Shown here: one piece after another, positions 9,178 through 18,564 of the stretch
How the letters are laid out: the number at the start of each line of letters is the position of its first letter
Numbering within the stretch: the stretch's first letter is position 1
NCBI GenBank assembly: GCA_046075685.1
Contig: JBJTQP010000208.1
Coordinates: forward strand, 1-56,884
From: Planctomycetaceae bacterium
GTDB lineage: Bacteria > Planctomycetota > Planctomycetia > Pirellulales > UBA1268
DNA: 56,884 nucleotides
Direction of reading: 5' to 3'
Notes under the pieces: model-generated
The model's database searches: none
What the model was told of the DNA's origin: nothing
Seen by the model: only the letters and a program-made list of their open reading frames with translations
Translations under genes and position numbers: made by a program

Positions 9178-9334
9178 CGGCTCCCCGCGGATTGCCGCCG
9201 GCGGCCGCGCGGCGGCCGGGCGGATCGCAGGATGTCGCCTCGTCCGCGACCACTGCAGCCGCTTTCGAATGCATCCGGTTTCGCCTACACTTCGCCCACG
9301 AGTTCGGATGTCCTTCCGCAGCGGGAATCGAGCG

Positions 9335-10015
9335 TTGGCGAAGCAGGATCCAGTCGCATCCGGCCGCGTGGTGGCACTTTCGCCGGACGATGGCTCGACG
9401 ATCGACCTGGGACGGCCCGTCGTGGCCGCCATCCTCTCGTGGCTTGTCCCCGGCCTCGGCCAGATCGTCCAGGGCCGTCGACTCAAGGGCCTGCTGTTCA
9501 TGGCCTCCCTCGTGCCCACGTTTCTGGCCGGCATGTGGCTCGGCGACGGGCGGGTCGTCTATGCCTCGTGGAAGCCGGGCGAGACACGCTGGGCCTTCAT
9601 CTGCCAGGCTGGCATCGGCACCGCGGCTCTCCCGGCCATCATCCAGTCGTGGCGGCTCACGGGCCCCGCCAAGCAGCCCGCGTTCTGCAGCACCTTCATG
9701 GCCCCGCCGCTCTCCCGCGGCCAGCCCGTCTCGCAGGCCTACGCCGCCGCCATCATGCGGCGCGACCCCGACATCACCGCGGACGACTTCCGGCCCCTGC
9801 CGCCGTGGCTGCAGTTCCGAGCCCTGCCGCCGCCGGGCATGCTCGACCGCACGCCGGCCGACCAGGTCTCGGTCTGGCACAAGCGGCTGGGGCGGTTCTT
9901 CGAGATCGGCACACTCTACACCATGCTGGCCGGCATGCTCAACGTGCTGGTCGTCTACGACGCCTTCTCGGGTCCGATGCACCCCACGCCCCGGGACGAG
10001 AAAGGCACGCGATGA
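9335..10015 (+). CDS. DUF6677-like membrane protein
   Basis: AAILSWLVPGLGQ..GR..KG and EIGTLYTMLAGMLNVLVVYDA motifs; start uncertain (TTG 9335 or ATG 9308). Confidence 0.75.
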   Translation: MAKQDPVASGRVVALSPDDGSTIDLGRPVVAAILSWLVPGLGQIVQGRRLKGLLFMASLVPTFLAGMWLGDGRVVYASWKPGETRWAFICQAGIGTAALPAIIQSWRLTGPAKQPAFCSTFMAPPLSRGQPVSQAYAAAIMRRDPDITADDFRPLPPWLQFRALPPPGMLDRTPADQVSVWHKRLGRFFEIGTLYTMLAGMLNVLVVYDAFSGPMHPTPRDEKGTR

Positions 10016-10233
10016 CACCCCCAGCCGCGGTGGTGGCGTTGACGCTGTTCGACCGGCTGCCGGGGCTCGCCTACGGACTGCCGTTGGTCGTCGTCGCCGC
10101 GGTGGTGTTCGCCGCGACGCACCATGAAGATCCACCGGCGATCCGGCGGGCCACCGTGGAGTGGATCGGCTGGCTGTTCGGCATCCTCGGCGCCGTGCTC
10201 GTCGCGGTGTGGCTCGTGGGCTGGCTTGCCTGA
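10012..10233 (+). CDS. Small two-TM hypothetical membrane protein
   Basis: ATGA overlap with upstream stop; two hydrophobic helices around ATHHED motif. Confidence 0.7.
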   Translation: MTPPAAVVALTLFDRLPGLAYGLPLVVVAAVVFAATHHEDPPAIRRATVEWIGWLFGILGAVLVAVWLVGWLA

Positions 10234-10302
10234 GCCGCCGGTTCCTGCGGCAGCGCCCGAACCCTGCCCCGCGCCGGCCCCCGGCGTTCCGCGACCGGCG
10301 GG

Positions 10303-11385
10303 TCAGTTCGTGGTGGCGGCAACGCGGCGCAGCTGACCGCAGGCGGCATCGATGCGGGCGCCCTTGCGGCGACGGACCTGCACGTTGACACCAGCCGCGC
10401 GGAGCACGTCGAGAAACCGCTCGCGGGCGGCCTGGGTCGGCTCCTTCCAGGGCATCCCCGCCACCGCGTTGTAGGGGATCACGTTGAGGAGCGCCGCGCG
10501 GCGTCCCAGCAGCCGCGCCAGGGCGGCGGCCTGCTCGGCCGCGTCGTTCACACCGCCCAGCAGCACGTACTCGAACGTCAGCCGCCGGCCCGACGTCTCC
10601 CAGTAACGGTCGGCGGCCGCCATCACGTCGGCCAGCCCGATCGACTTGTTGACCGGCACGAGCCGGGTGCGAAGCTCGTCGTCGGCCGCATGTAGGCTGA
10701 CGGCGAGGTGATACCCGGGATCCGCGGCGGCGAGCCGGTCGATCGCCGCGGGCAGACCGACGGTCGAGATCGTGATCCGCCGCTGCGAGATACCGAGGCC
10801 CTCCGGATCCTGCGCCTCGGCCAGGGCCGGCAGGAGGCGGTCGAGGTTGGCCAGCGGCTCGCCCATGCCCATCACCACGATGTGGCTGAGCCGCTCGTCG
10901 GCCGGCAGCAGCGCCGCCAGCCGCAGGAGCTGCTCCACGATCTCGCCGGTGGTCAGGTTTCGCACCACGCCGTCGATGCCGCTGGCACAGAACACGCAGC
11001 CCATCGCGCAGCCCACCTGCGAACTGATGCACACCGTGCGGCGGTCACCGTCCCGAAGCAGCACGCACTCGATCCGCTGACCGTCGGCGAGTTCGAGGAG
11101 CAGCTTCTCGGTGCCGTCGTCGGCCCGCTGGTGGATCGCGATCGTCGTCGTCCAGATGCGAAACTCGGCGGCGAGATCATCCCGCAGGTCACGGGGCAGG
11201 TCGGTCATGTCGGAAAACGTCGCCGCCCGCCGACCGTGAAGCCAGCGGCGGATCGCCCGTGCCCGCCAGGCCGGCTGTCCGCGACTGGCGAGCCAGGCCG
11301 CCAGGCCGGAGCCGGGATCGAGGACATGCCGCGGTCCCGCCGCCGGGACGATCGACGAGGCAGGCGACGTGGATTCGAGGGTCAT
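10303..11385 (-). CDS. rlmN: 23S rRNA (adenine-2503-C2)-methyltransferase, radical SAM
   Basis: CISSQVGCAMGCVFCASG, MGMGEPL, FEYVLL, IDAACGQL. Confidence 0.96.
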   Translation of the reverse strand: MTLESTSPASSIVPAAGPRHVLDPGSGLAAWLASRGQPAWRARAIRRWLHGRRAATFSDMTDLPRDLRDDLAAEFRIWTTTIAIHQRADDGTEKLLLELADGQRIECVLLRDGDRRTVCISSQVGCAMGCVFCASGIDGVVRNLTTGEIVEQLLRLAALLPADERLSHIVVMGMGEPLANLDRLLPALAEAQDPEGLGISQRRITISTVGLPAAIDRLAAADPGYHLAVSLHAADDELRTRLVPVNKSIGLADVMAAADRYWETSGRRLTFEYVLLGGVNDAAEQAAALARLLGRRAALLNVIPYNAVAGMPWKEPTQAARERFLDVLRAAGVNVQVRRRKGARIDAACGQLRRVAATTN

Positions 11386-11553
11386 CGGACGGTGACGACG
11401 GCACTGGCGGGTGCCGGGAACGCGGGGTACATTTCGGGCGTCAGGGAATCATATCCCGGTGGCGGCGATGCTGATCGTGCCGCCACCCAGGGGTTCTCTT
11501 GCAGGCGGTTCCATTCCAGGCGTTCCATCCGAGGCGTTCCCGGTGTCCGTCCC

Positions 11554-11769
11554 ATGAGCCAGACGAACTACGACGAGCGAACCAGGTGGGTGTACGACGA
11601 ACGGGCGTTTCCCGTCTGGAACGGCTCGTTCGACAAGGCCGCCCGCACCGAGATGATCGACGACGACCTGTGGGCGGGGCGGAGCATCGCGGTGCTCCTG
11701 TCGGTGCTGGTGGCCATCGGTCTGGTGCTGGCCCTCGGCACGCTGTGGTTCGTCTCCCGCTGGCGGTGA
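11554..11769 (+). CDS. Small hypothetical protein with C-terminal TM helix
   Basis: 71 aa, GC3-rich codons, hydrophobic C-terminus, stop overlaps ispE start (GTGA). Confidence 0.6.
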   Translation: MSQTNYDERTRWVYDERAFPVWNGSFDKAARTEMIDDDLWAGRSIAVLLSVLVAIGLVLALGTLWFVSRWR

Positions 11770-12713
11770 GCGTTCCCGACGGCACCCGCGGCACGGCGGA
11801 CGGCCTCACCGTGCTCGCGCCCGCCAAGCTCAACCTCTCGCTCGCCGTGCTCACCCGGCGACCGGACGGCTTCCACGAGATCGAGTCGCTGATGGTGCCG
11901 GTGTCGCTGGCCGACACGCTGCGCGTGCGCCCCCGTTCCGCGCCGGGTGTCAGCCTGCGGGTGTCGTATGCCGGAGATCTCGCACGAGGTCCGGGAGCCG
12001 TGCTCGCCCGCGACGTGCCGGCCGACGAGTCGAACCTCGTGGCCCGCGCCGCCACGCTGCTGGCCGCCGAGGCGGGAGTGACCACCGGCCTCGACGTCGA
12101 ACTCGTGAAACGCATCCCGTCGGGCGCCGGGCTCGGCGGCGGCTCGAGCGATGCGGCGGCCGTGATCCGTGCCGCCGCCGCCACGTGGCAGCTCGACTGG
12201 CCGGTCGAGCGGCTGGTGGCACTCGGTGCCCGGATCGGGAGCGATGTCCCCTGGTTCTTCGCCGGCTCCGCCGCGATCGCGTCCGGTCGCGGCGAGCGTG
12301 TCGAGCCCGTGCCAAAGCTTCCCGACCTCGCCGCGGTGATCGCGTGTCCCGCCGACGGGCTGTCGACCGCTGCGGTCTATTCCCGCTGCGTGCCCGACGC
12401 CGGCCGCCGCGGCGACGCGGCGCGGCTCGCGGCGGCCCTTGCAGCCGGCGACCTGCGGACGGCTGAGTTCCTGATGGTGAACGCCCTGGAACCACCGGCC
12501 CGCAGCCTCTCTTCGCAGATCGACCGACTGCTCGCCGCCCTCGCCGACGCCGGCGGCTGGGCACCCCGGCTCACGGGCAGCGGCAGCGCGTGCTTCACGC
12601 TCGCGCGAACGATCGCGGAGGCGGAAACCATCGCGGCGCGGCTGAGCGCCCGCTGCGAGGCGGAGGATTCGCCCTGCGCCGCCGTGTTTGCCGTGCGCTG
12701 CAGCCTGCCGTAG
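11766..12713 (+). CDS. ispE: 4-diphosphocytidyl-2-C-methyl-D-erythritol kinase
   Basis: APAKLNLSL, RPDGFHEIES, KRIPSGAGLGGGSSDAA, IGSDVP, LTGSGSA. Confidence 0.95.
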   Translation: MSVPDGTRGTADGLTVLAPAKLNLSLAVLTRRPDGFHEIESLMVPVSLADTLRVRPRSAPGVSLRVSYAGDLARGPGAVLARDVPADESNLVARAATLLAAEAGVTTGLDVELVKRIPSGAGLGGGSSDAAAVIRAAAATWQLDWPVERLVALGARIGSDVPWFFAGSAAIASGRGERVEPVPKLPDLAAVIACPADGLSTAAVYSRCVPDAGRRGDAARLAAALAAGDLRTAEFLMVNALEPPARSLSSQIDRLLAALADAGGWAPRLTGSGSACFTLARTIAEAETIAARLSARCEAEDSPCAAVFAVRCSLP

Positions 12714-12833
12714 CCACTGCACGCCAGCCCCGACGCGATTCTTGCTTTTCTGCAAGGACGAGGGGTAGGCCCCCTTCACAGGTGGTGCCTGCCAGCCGCC
12801 GGCCACTCCATCATGATGGTGAAGGGGCGGCAC

Positions 12834-13265
12834 GTGGAAGTGTCGGAGGTTCGCATCAAGCTCGTGGATCGCGGGGCCGAAAGGCTGCTCGCGTTCTGCT
12901 CGATCACCATCGACGGGGCGTTCGTGGTGCGCGATCTCAAGCTCATCGACGGCCCGAACGGACCCTTCGTGGCGATGCCGAGCCGCAAGATCGCCAGCCA
13001 CTGCCCGAGTTGCCGGGCAAAAAACCCGCTGCGATCGAACTACTGCAACCAGTGCGGCACGCGGCTGGCGGCCGGCCCCCCGGCCCGCGAGGACGACGGC
13101 CGGCAGCGGCTCTACGCCGACATCGCCCATCCGATCAACGCCGCCTGCCGCGACCAGATCCAACGCCGCGTCGTGGCCGAGTACGAGACGGAGCTGATCC
13201 GGGCCCGGGAACCCGGCTACGTGTCGCGGTACGAGGCCGTGGGTGACGAGGAGATCGTCCGCTGA
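12834..13265 (+). CDS. spoVG: SpoVG family protein with inserted CxxC..CxxC zinc ribbon
   Basis: EVSEVRIKL, SITIDGAFVVRDLKLI, FVAMPSRK, YADIAHPIN; GTG start after GAAGGGG (ATG 12813 possible). Confidence 0.9.
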   Translation: MEVSEVRIKLVDRGAERLLAFCSITIDGAFVVRDLKLIDGPNGPFVAMPSRKIASHCPSCRAKNPLRSNYCNQCGTRLAAGPPAREDDGRQRLYADIAHPINAACRDQIQRRVVAEYETELIRAREPGYVSRYEAVGDEEIVR

Positions 13266-13268
13266 CGA

Positions 13269-14126
13269 TCACCGTCTGACCAGCGCGTGGAAGTCGGCGG
13301 TGAGCCGCTTCGTCACCGGGCCGGGCGCACCCGAGCCCACCTTCCGGCCGTCGATCTCCACGACCGGGATCACCTCCGCGGCGGTGCCGGTGAGGAAACA
13401 CTCGTCGGCCGTGTAGAGATCGTGCCGCACGAGCGTCGCCTCGCGGCAGTCGATGCCCGCAGCGGTCGCTAGCTCGAGCACCGCGCCGCGGGTGATGCCC
13501 TCAAGGATCCCCGCGTCGGGAGGCGGGGTGAGGAGCCTGTCACCGCGGACGACGAACACGTTGTCGCCCGTGCACTCCGCCACCTCGCCCTTGTGGTTGA
13601 GCATCAGGGCCTCGATGCAGCCGGCCTGCAGGCCCTCGAGCTTGGCCATGATGTTGTTGAGGTAGTTGAGCGACTTGATCCGCGGCGAGAGGGCGGCCGA
13701 TTGCGTCCGCTGTGTGGCGGCGGTCACGATCCGCAGGCCCTGCTCGTAGAACTCCCGCGGATAGAGGCTGATCGTGTCGGCGATCACGATCACCTGCGGG
13801 TGCTTCGTCTTGTTGGGATCGAGGCCGAGGCTGCCGGCGCCGCGGGTCACGACCAGCCGCACGTACCCGTCGGCGAGGTTGTTGGCCGCGAGCGTATCGA
13901 CCACCGCCTGCATCACGGCGGACTTGTCCAGCGGAATCTCCAGGCAGATCGCCCGGGCGCTGGCAAACAGCCTGTCGACGTGCAGCCCGAGCCGGAACAC
14001 CTTCCCCGCATAGCTCCGCAGGCCCTCGAAGACGCCGTCGCCGTAGAGCAGGCCGTGGTCGAACACGCTGACCACCGCCTGCTCCTCGGGAACGAGGCGG
14101 TCGTTCATGAAGATCATCCGCGGCAT
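13269..14126 (-). CDS. ilvE: Branched-chain amino acid aminotransferase
   Basis: DHGLLYGDGVFEG, KSLNYLNN (PLP lysine), ECTGDNVF, LEGITR, FLTGTAAE. Confidence 0.95.
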   Translation of the reverse strand: MPRMIFMNDRLVPEEQAVVSVFDHGLLYGDGVFEGLRSYAGKVFRLGLHVDRLFASARAICLEIPLDKSAVMQAVVDTLAANNLADGYVRLVVTRGAGSLGLDPNKTKHPQVIVIADTISLYPREFYEQGLRIVTAATQRTQSAALSPRIKSLNYLNNIMAKLEGLQAGCIEALMLNHKGEVAECTGDNVFVVRGDRLLTPPPDAGILEGITRGAVLELATAAGIDCREATLVRHDLYTADECFLTGTAAEVIPVVEIDGRKVGSGAPGPVTKRLTADFHALVRR

Positions 14127-14205
14127 GGCGCTGGTCCCTGCATGGCGAGTGGTGCTGGCGGCCGACGGGGCCGGATGGTGGCGTCCGCCGTCCACGGCCG
14201 GCCCG

Positions 14206-14937
14206 TCAGCCGGCGCGGCGGTGGGCGGCGAGTGGATCGTCGTCGACACGGCCCGCCGCCAACCGCACGATCCGGTCGGCCCGCCGGGCGACCGCCGCGT
14301 CGTGCGTGACGAGCACTATAGAAAGGCCGTCCGCGCGGTTCAACTCGCAGAGCGTCTCGAGGATCCCGCCGCCCGTGGCCTCGTCGAGATTGCCGGTCGG
14401 CTCGTCGGCGAGCAGCAGCCGCGGCCGCGTCACCAGCGCGCGGGCGATCGCCACCCGCTGCATCTCCCCGCCCGACAGCTGCCGGGGCTTGTGCCGCAGC
14501 CGGCCGCCGAGGCCGAAGCGGTCGAGCAACCGCCGCGCGGCGTCGCGGGCGTCGCGGCGGACCCGCAGCCAGTCGAGCACCCCGTGCCGCACCATCAGCG
14601 GCGCGAGCACGTTCTCCAGGGCGTCGAGCTCGGGCAGGAGATGGTACGACTGGAACACCATGCCCACGGCGGTGTTCCGCAGCCGGTCGCGTCGCGTCGC
14701 CGACAGCGCGTCGACCCGCAGGCCGTCGAGCTCGATCGTGCCTGCGTCGGCGGCGTCGAGCAGCCCGACGAGATGCAGGAGCGTGCTCTTCCCGGAACCG
14801 CTCTGGCCGACGATCGACACGAACTCGCCGGCGGCGAGGTCAACGTCGACGCCGCGGAGCACCTCGAGCGTGGCCTCGCCGGAGCGGTAGGCCTTTCGCA
14901 GCCCGCGGACGCGGAGCAGCGGGGATGCCTCAGTCAT
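14206..14937 (-). CDS. lolD: LolD-like ABC transporter ATP-binding protein
   Basis: GQSGSGKST, LSGGEMQRVAIARAL, LLADEPTGNLD, VTHD; adjacent to lolC/E. Confidence 0.85.
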   Translation of the reverse strand: MTEASPLLRVRGLRKAYRSGEATLEVLRGVDVDLAAGEFVSIVGQSGSGKSTLLHLVGLLDAADAGTIELDGLRVDALSATRRDRLRNTAVGMVFQSYHLLPELDALENVLAPLMVRHGVLDWLRVRRDARDAARRLLDRFGLGGRLRHKPRQLSGGEMQRVAIARALVTRPRLLLADEPTGNLDEATGGGILETLCELNRADGLSIVLVTHDAAVARRADRIVRLAAGRVDDDPLAAHRRAG

Positions 14938-16573
14938 GCCGCAGGGCCTCCACGGGATGGAGCCGGGCGGCCCGCAGGGCCGGGAGCACGCTCGAGGCCA
15001 CGGCGATCCCGATGGCGCCCACGATGATCCAGGCCACGGTCAACGGATGCACGATCGACGGGATCCGGTAGAAGTAGTAGATCGAGGGATCGAACACCCG
15101 CTCGCCGGTGCACCACTCGACGGCGGCGCGGATGGTGTTGATGTTCCAGGCGATCGACAGGCCGAGGGCCAGACCGGCGCCCGCCCCCACGATGCCGAGA
15201 AACAGGCCGTAGCCCAGGAAGATGCCGCCGATGCCACCGGCGCCGGCGCCGAGCGACTTGAGGATGCCGATGTCGCGGGTCTTCTCCACGACGATCATGA
15301 AGAAGATGGCGAGGATCCCGAAGCCGGCAACCGCGATGATCAGAAACAGCAGGATGTTGAGCACCGACATCTCCATGTCAACCGCGGCCAGGAGCGGCCC
15401 CTGCTTGTCACGCCAGGTGGAGACGGCGTACAGGTCGGCTGGAAACACGGCCCGCAGCCGGTCGCGGACACCGTCGAGATCGGCTCCGGCGCGGAGTTTG
15501 ACCTGGATCGAGTTGACGCTCGCGTGGCCCGACTGCGGATCGATCATGCCCCGCATCCGCTGCAGGGCCGCGATCGGCACGAATACGAAGTTCGAGTCGT
15601 ACTCGCTCATCTTGCTCTCGTAGAAATCGACGACCGTGAAGGTGTCGCTGACCGCCTTCGGCGGCGTGCCCGCCGTGGGGAACGTGATCTTCACGTCGTC
15701 CCCCGGCAGCACGAGGAACCGGTCGACGCCCGAGGTGTCGCGGAAACTCGCCAGGCCGATGCCGGGCACGATGCCGGTGAACTGCTCGGTGGCGGGATCC
15801 ATCCGCACGCCCTCCTCGGGCCGCGCCCGGCGAAAGGGATCGGCGGACTTCCCCGGGCCGGCGGTCGCGCCGGCTGTGGCATCCGCCTCAGGTGATGTGG
15901 CGGTCGCATCGGCCGTCGTGGCCGCGAGCACGGCATCGACCTGCTGGTCGACCGACCTGGTCGGCCCGCCATCAGCCGCTGCAGCCCCTGTGCCGGATTG
16001 ACGGTCGGCCTCGAGCTTCTCCCGCCAGACACGCTCCCGCTCCACCCGCATCCGTCGATGCGGCCAGCCGGCTCCCTCGAGCGCCGGCCGCGTCACGGCC
16101 TGCGAGTCGGACTGGTTGTCGATGGTGTCATAGCCGCCGTCGCGAAGGCCGAAGGAGAGTTGGCTGCGATTGGCGGGGTGCTGAAGGTAGCGGCCGAAGT
16201 CGCTCACCCGGGCGTGCGTCGCCTCGTCGATCCCGATCAGCATGATCTGCCGTGTGATCCACTGGCCGCGGACCTGGAAGTTGAGCATCGCGGGCACGGC
16301 GACGGTGGGCGTCATGCCGACGATGTCGTCGCCGACGGCCCGCCGCATCTCCTCCATGTGCCAGTGCGGATCCTGGAATCCGGAGAGGGAATGGCTCTCA
16401 AAGACGAGGTCCGAGAGGATCCCGTGGATCCGCGTCTGCATCTCGTGGGAGAAGCCCGCCATCACGGCGTTGACGACGATCATGGTCGCCACGCCGAGCG
16501 TCACGCTCACGATGCTCGCCAGCGCGATCCAGCGGGTGCGGAGATACCGCCAGCAGAGCAGGAGTTTGTACAT
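14930..16573 (-). CDS. LolC/E-like lipoprotein-releasing ABC transporter permease (MacB/FtsX type)
   Basis: RYLR, GVATMIVVNAVMAGF, IVVEKTRDIGILKSLGA, PALRAARLHPVEALR. Confidence 0.9.
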   Translation of the reverse strand: MYKLLLCWRYLRTRWIALASIVSVTLGVATMIVVNAVMAGFSHEMQTRIHGILSDLVFESHSLSGFQDPHWHMEEMRRAVGDDIVGMTPTVAVPAMLNFQVRGQWITRQIMLIGIDEATHARVSDFGRYLQHPANRSQLSFGLRDGGYDTIDNQSDSQAVTRPALEGAGWPHRRMRVERERVWREKLEADRQSGTGAAAADGGPTRSVDQQVDAVLAATTADATATSPEADATAGATAGPGKSADPFRRARPEEGVRMDPATEQFTGIVPGIGLASFRDTSGVDRFLVLPGDDVKITFPTAGTPPKAVSDTFTVVDFYESKMSEYDSNFVFVPIAALQRMRGMIDPQSGHASVNSIQVKLRAGADLDGVRDRLRAVFPADLYAVSTWRDKQGPLLAAVDMEMSVLNILLFLIIAVAGFGILAIFFMIVVEKTRDIGILKSLGAGAGGIGGIFLGYGLFLGIVGAGAGLALGLSIAWNINTIRAAVEWCTGERVFDPSIYYFYRIPSIVHPLTVAWIIVGAIGIAVASSVLPALRAARLHPVEALRHD

Positions 16574-16672
16574 CGGACGCCCGGGCCTCGTCGTTGCGGG
16601 GGCGGAACGATAGCAGCCCCCCTGCCCCGCCGAAACCCCGGAATCACCCCGGCTTCCGCAGGTGTCTGCCAA

Positions 16673-16724
16673 GCCATGCACCGCAGGCTGCAAGCCCGCG
16701 GCTACGGTGCGCCTCCCGCGAGGG
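16673..16724 (-). repeat. 52 bp direct repeat copy A containing a GTAG-type REP hairpin
   Basis: Identical to 16868-16919; minus strand reads GTAG-CCGCGGGCT-TGC-AGCCTGCGG. Confidence 0.9.
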
Positions 16725-16851
16725 GCTGCCCGTGCCCGGGAGCCGGGCTCTGGGAGCAAGCGCAGCCAGGATGGCAAAGCGCGGCGGACAGGCAGTGAGT
16801 CGAGGCCCGGAAGGCCGAGACGAACGTCCGGCGACGGGCACGGGCGGCCCC
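16722..16851. repeat. ~130 bp structured MITE/REPIN-like element, copy 2
   Basis: 17 bp terminal IR with one mismatch (G.T-compatible); shares AGCGCAGCCAGGATGGC and CGAACGxCCGGCGA with 1141-1271. Confidence 0.85.
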
Positions 16852-16867
16852 GAGCACGATCTCGGCG

Positions 16868-16919
16868 GCCATGCACCGCAGGCTGCAAGCCCGCGGCTAC
16901 GGTGCGCCTCCCGCGAGGG
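16868..16919 (-). repeat. 52 bp direct repeat copy B containing a GTAG-type REP hairpin
   Basis: Identical to 16673-16724, 195 bp period. Confidence 0.9.
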
Positions 16920-16925
16920 CATGGA

Positions 16926-18416
16926 TCACGCCCGGGGGCGGTGAATCGGGAACAGGATCACGTCGCGGATGCTCGACGCGGCGGTGAGAAACATCACCAG
17001 CCGGTCGATACCGATCCCGAGGCCGCCCGCCGGCGGCATACCGTGCCGCAGGGCCGTGATGAAGTCGGTGTCCATGCGGGCCATCGACTCCTCGGCCGCC
17101 AGGCCCGCCAGCTGCGTGCGGAACAGCTCCTCCTGCAGGTCGGGATCGTTGAGTTCGGTGTAAGCGTTGGCGAGCTCCATGCCGGCCACGTAGAGCTCGA
17201 ACCGCTCGGCCACGTGCGGCTGGCCAAGCTTCCGCTTGGTGAGCGGGCAGATCGAGGCGGGATAGTCGATCACGAACACCGGTCCGTCGAGCGTCTTCTC
17301 GACCGTGGCCTCGAAGAGGTCGCTCTTGATCACGTCGGGATGCCGGCCGGCGGTCTCGACGCCCGCCTGCGCCGCCGCCGCCGCCACGCTCGCCGGATCG
17401 GCGGGATCGCAGCCGGTCACCTCGCGGAGCAGGTCGTCGTACTTCGCGCGGCGGAACGGCGGCGTGAGGTCGACGGGCCGGCCCATCCACTCGAACCGTG
17501 TCGGCGACCCGGCCGCCTTTGCGGCCTCGAGGATGATCGCCTCGGTGAGATCCATCATCGTCTCGTAGTTGCCGTAGGCCTCGTAGGCCTCAAGCATCGT
17601 GAACTCGGGGTTGTGCCGGGTGCTCACCCCCTCGTTGCGATACACGCGGCCGAGCTCGAACACCCGCTCCAGCCCGCCCACCAGCAGCCGCTTGAGGTGC
17701 AGTTCCAGCGCGATCCGCAGCACCAGCGGCATGTCGAGCGCGTTGTGGTGCGTGGTGAAGGGCCGGGCGGCGGCGCCGCCGGCCGTGTCCTGGAGCGTCG
17801 GCCCCTCGACCTCGAGGTAGTGCCGGGCGGCGAGCACGCGGCGAACCGCCTCCACGATCCGGCTGCGGGCCACGAACCGGTCGCGGACACCCTCGCCGTG
17901 GATCAGGTCCAGGTATCGCATCCGCTGCCGTAGTTCGGCGTCGACGAGGCCGTGGTACTTGTCGGGCGGCGTGGCCAGCGACTTGGTGAGGAACTCGAGG
18001 TGCGTCACGAAGACCGTCATCTCGCCCGTCTTCGACCAGCCGAGGCGGCCGTCGACGCCGACGATGTCGCCGAGGTCGAGGCAGTCGACGATCTTCCAGA
18101 TCTCGGGCCCCACCTGCTTCTTGCCGAGCATCAGCTGGATGCGGCCGGTGCGGTCATGGAGGTCGATGAACACGAGGCTGCCGGCGCTCCGCAGCAGCAT
18201 GATCCGCCCGGCCACGCGGACGGTCGGCCCGTCGTCGGCCGTCTTCTCCACGCCTTCCCCACGGTCCCTGACCTCCGCGATCGGCAGGCCGCCGTCGAAC
18301 CGCTTCCCCCAGGGATCGATGCCCATGGCGACAAGTCGGTCGAACTTGTCGCGCCGCGCCTTCTCGAGCTGGGCGGCTGTGCCGGAGGCGGAGTCGGAAT
18401 CGTGGGGCTGGGCCAT
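16926..18416 (-). CDS. lysS: Lysine--tRNA ligase (class II)
   Basis: OB-fold VAGRIM, RQRMRYLDL, GGAAARPFTTHHNAL, YRNEG..RHNPEFT, ELANAYTELNDP, GMPPAGGLGIGIDRL. Confidence 0.98.
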   Translation of the reverse strand: MAQPHDSDSASGTAAQLEKARRDKFDRLVAMGIDPWGKRFDGGLPIAEVRDRGEGVEKTADDGPTVRVAGRIMLLRSAGSLVFIDLHDRTGRIQLMLGKKQVGPEIWKIVDCLDLGDIVGVDGRLGWSKTGEMTVFVTHLEFLTKSLATPPDKYHGLVDAELRQRMRYLDLIHGEGVRDRFVARSRIVEAVRRVLAARHYLEVEGPTLQDTAGGAAARPFTTHHNALDMPLVLRIALELHLKRLLVGGLERVFELGRVYRNEGVSTRHNPEFTMLEAYEAYGNYETMMDLTEAIILEAAKAAGSPTRFEWMGRPVDLTPPFRRAKYDDLLREVTGCDPADPASVAAAAAQAGVETAGRHPDVIKSDLFEATVEKTLDGPVFVIDYPASICPLTKRKLGQPHVAERFELYVAGMELANAYTELNDPDLQEELFRTQLAGLAAEESMARMDTDFITALRHGMPPAGGLGIGIDRLVMFLTAASSIRDVILFPIHRPRA

Positions 18417-18564
18417 GTCGATGCGGAGCCGAGAGAGACGAGGAATGCCTGCTGGGCCCGGATTGTCGCCGGGCGGCCGTTCCGCGAGAAGGCCAGCCGC
18501 TGACGGCCGCGACGGTTCTCTGCGAATGACCCTACACTGCTGGCGTCACCTGCAAAAACCCAGC

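Noticed and set aside
8678-11032. 784 aa Arg/Pro/Gly-rich minus-strand ORF
   Set aside because: Off-frame GC-rich translation overlapping four better-supported genes
16574-16888. 105 aa N-terminal extension of LolC/E in the ORF track
   Set aside because: It is translated repeat DNA (the peptide QPAVHG recurs); true start is MYKLLL at 16573
16673-16919. Possible mini CRISPR array
   Set aside because: Only two 52 bp repeats with a 143 bp structured interval, no cas genes; GTAG hairpin fits REP
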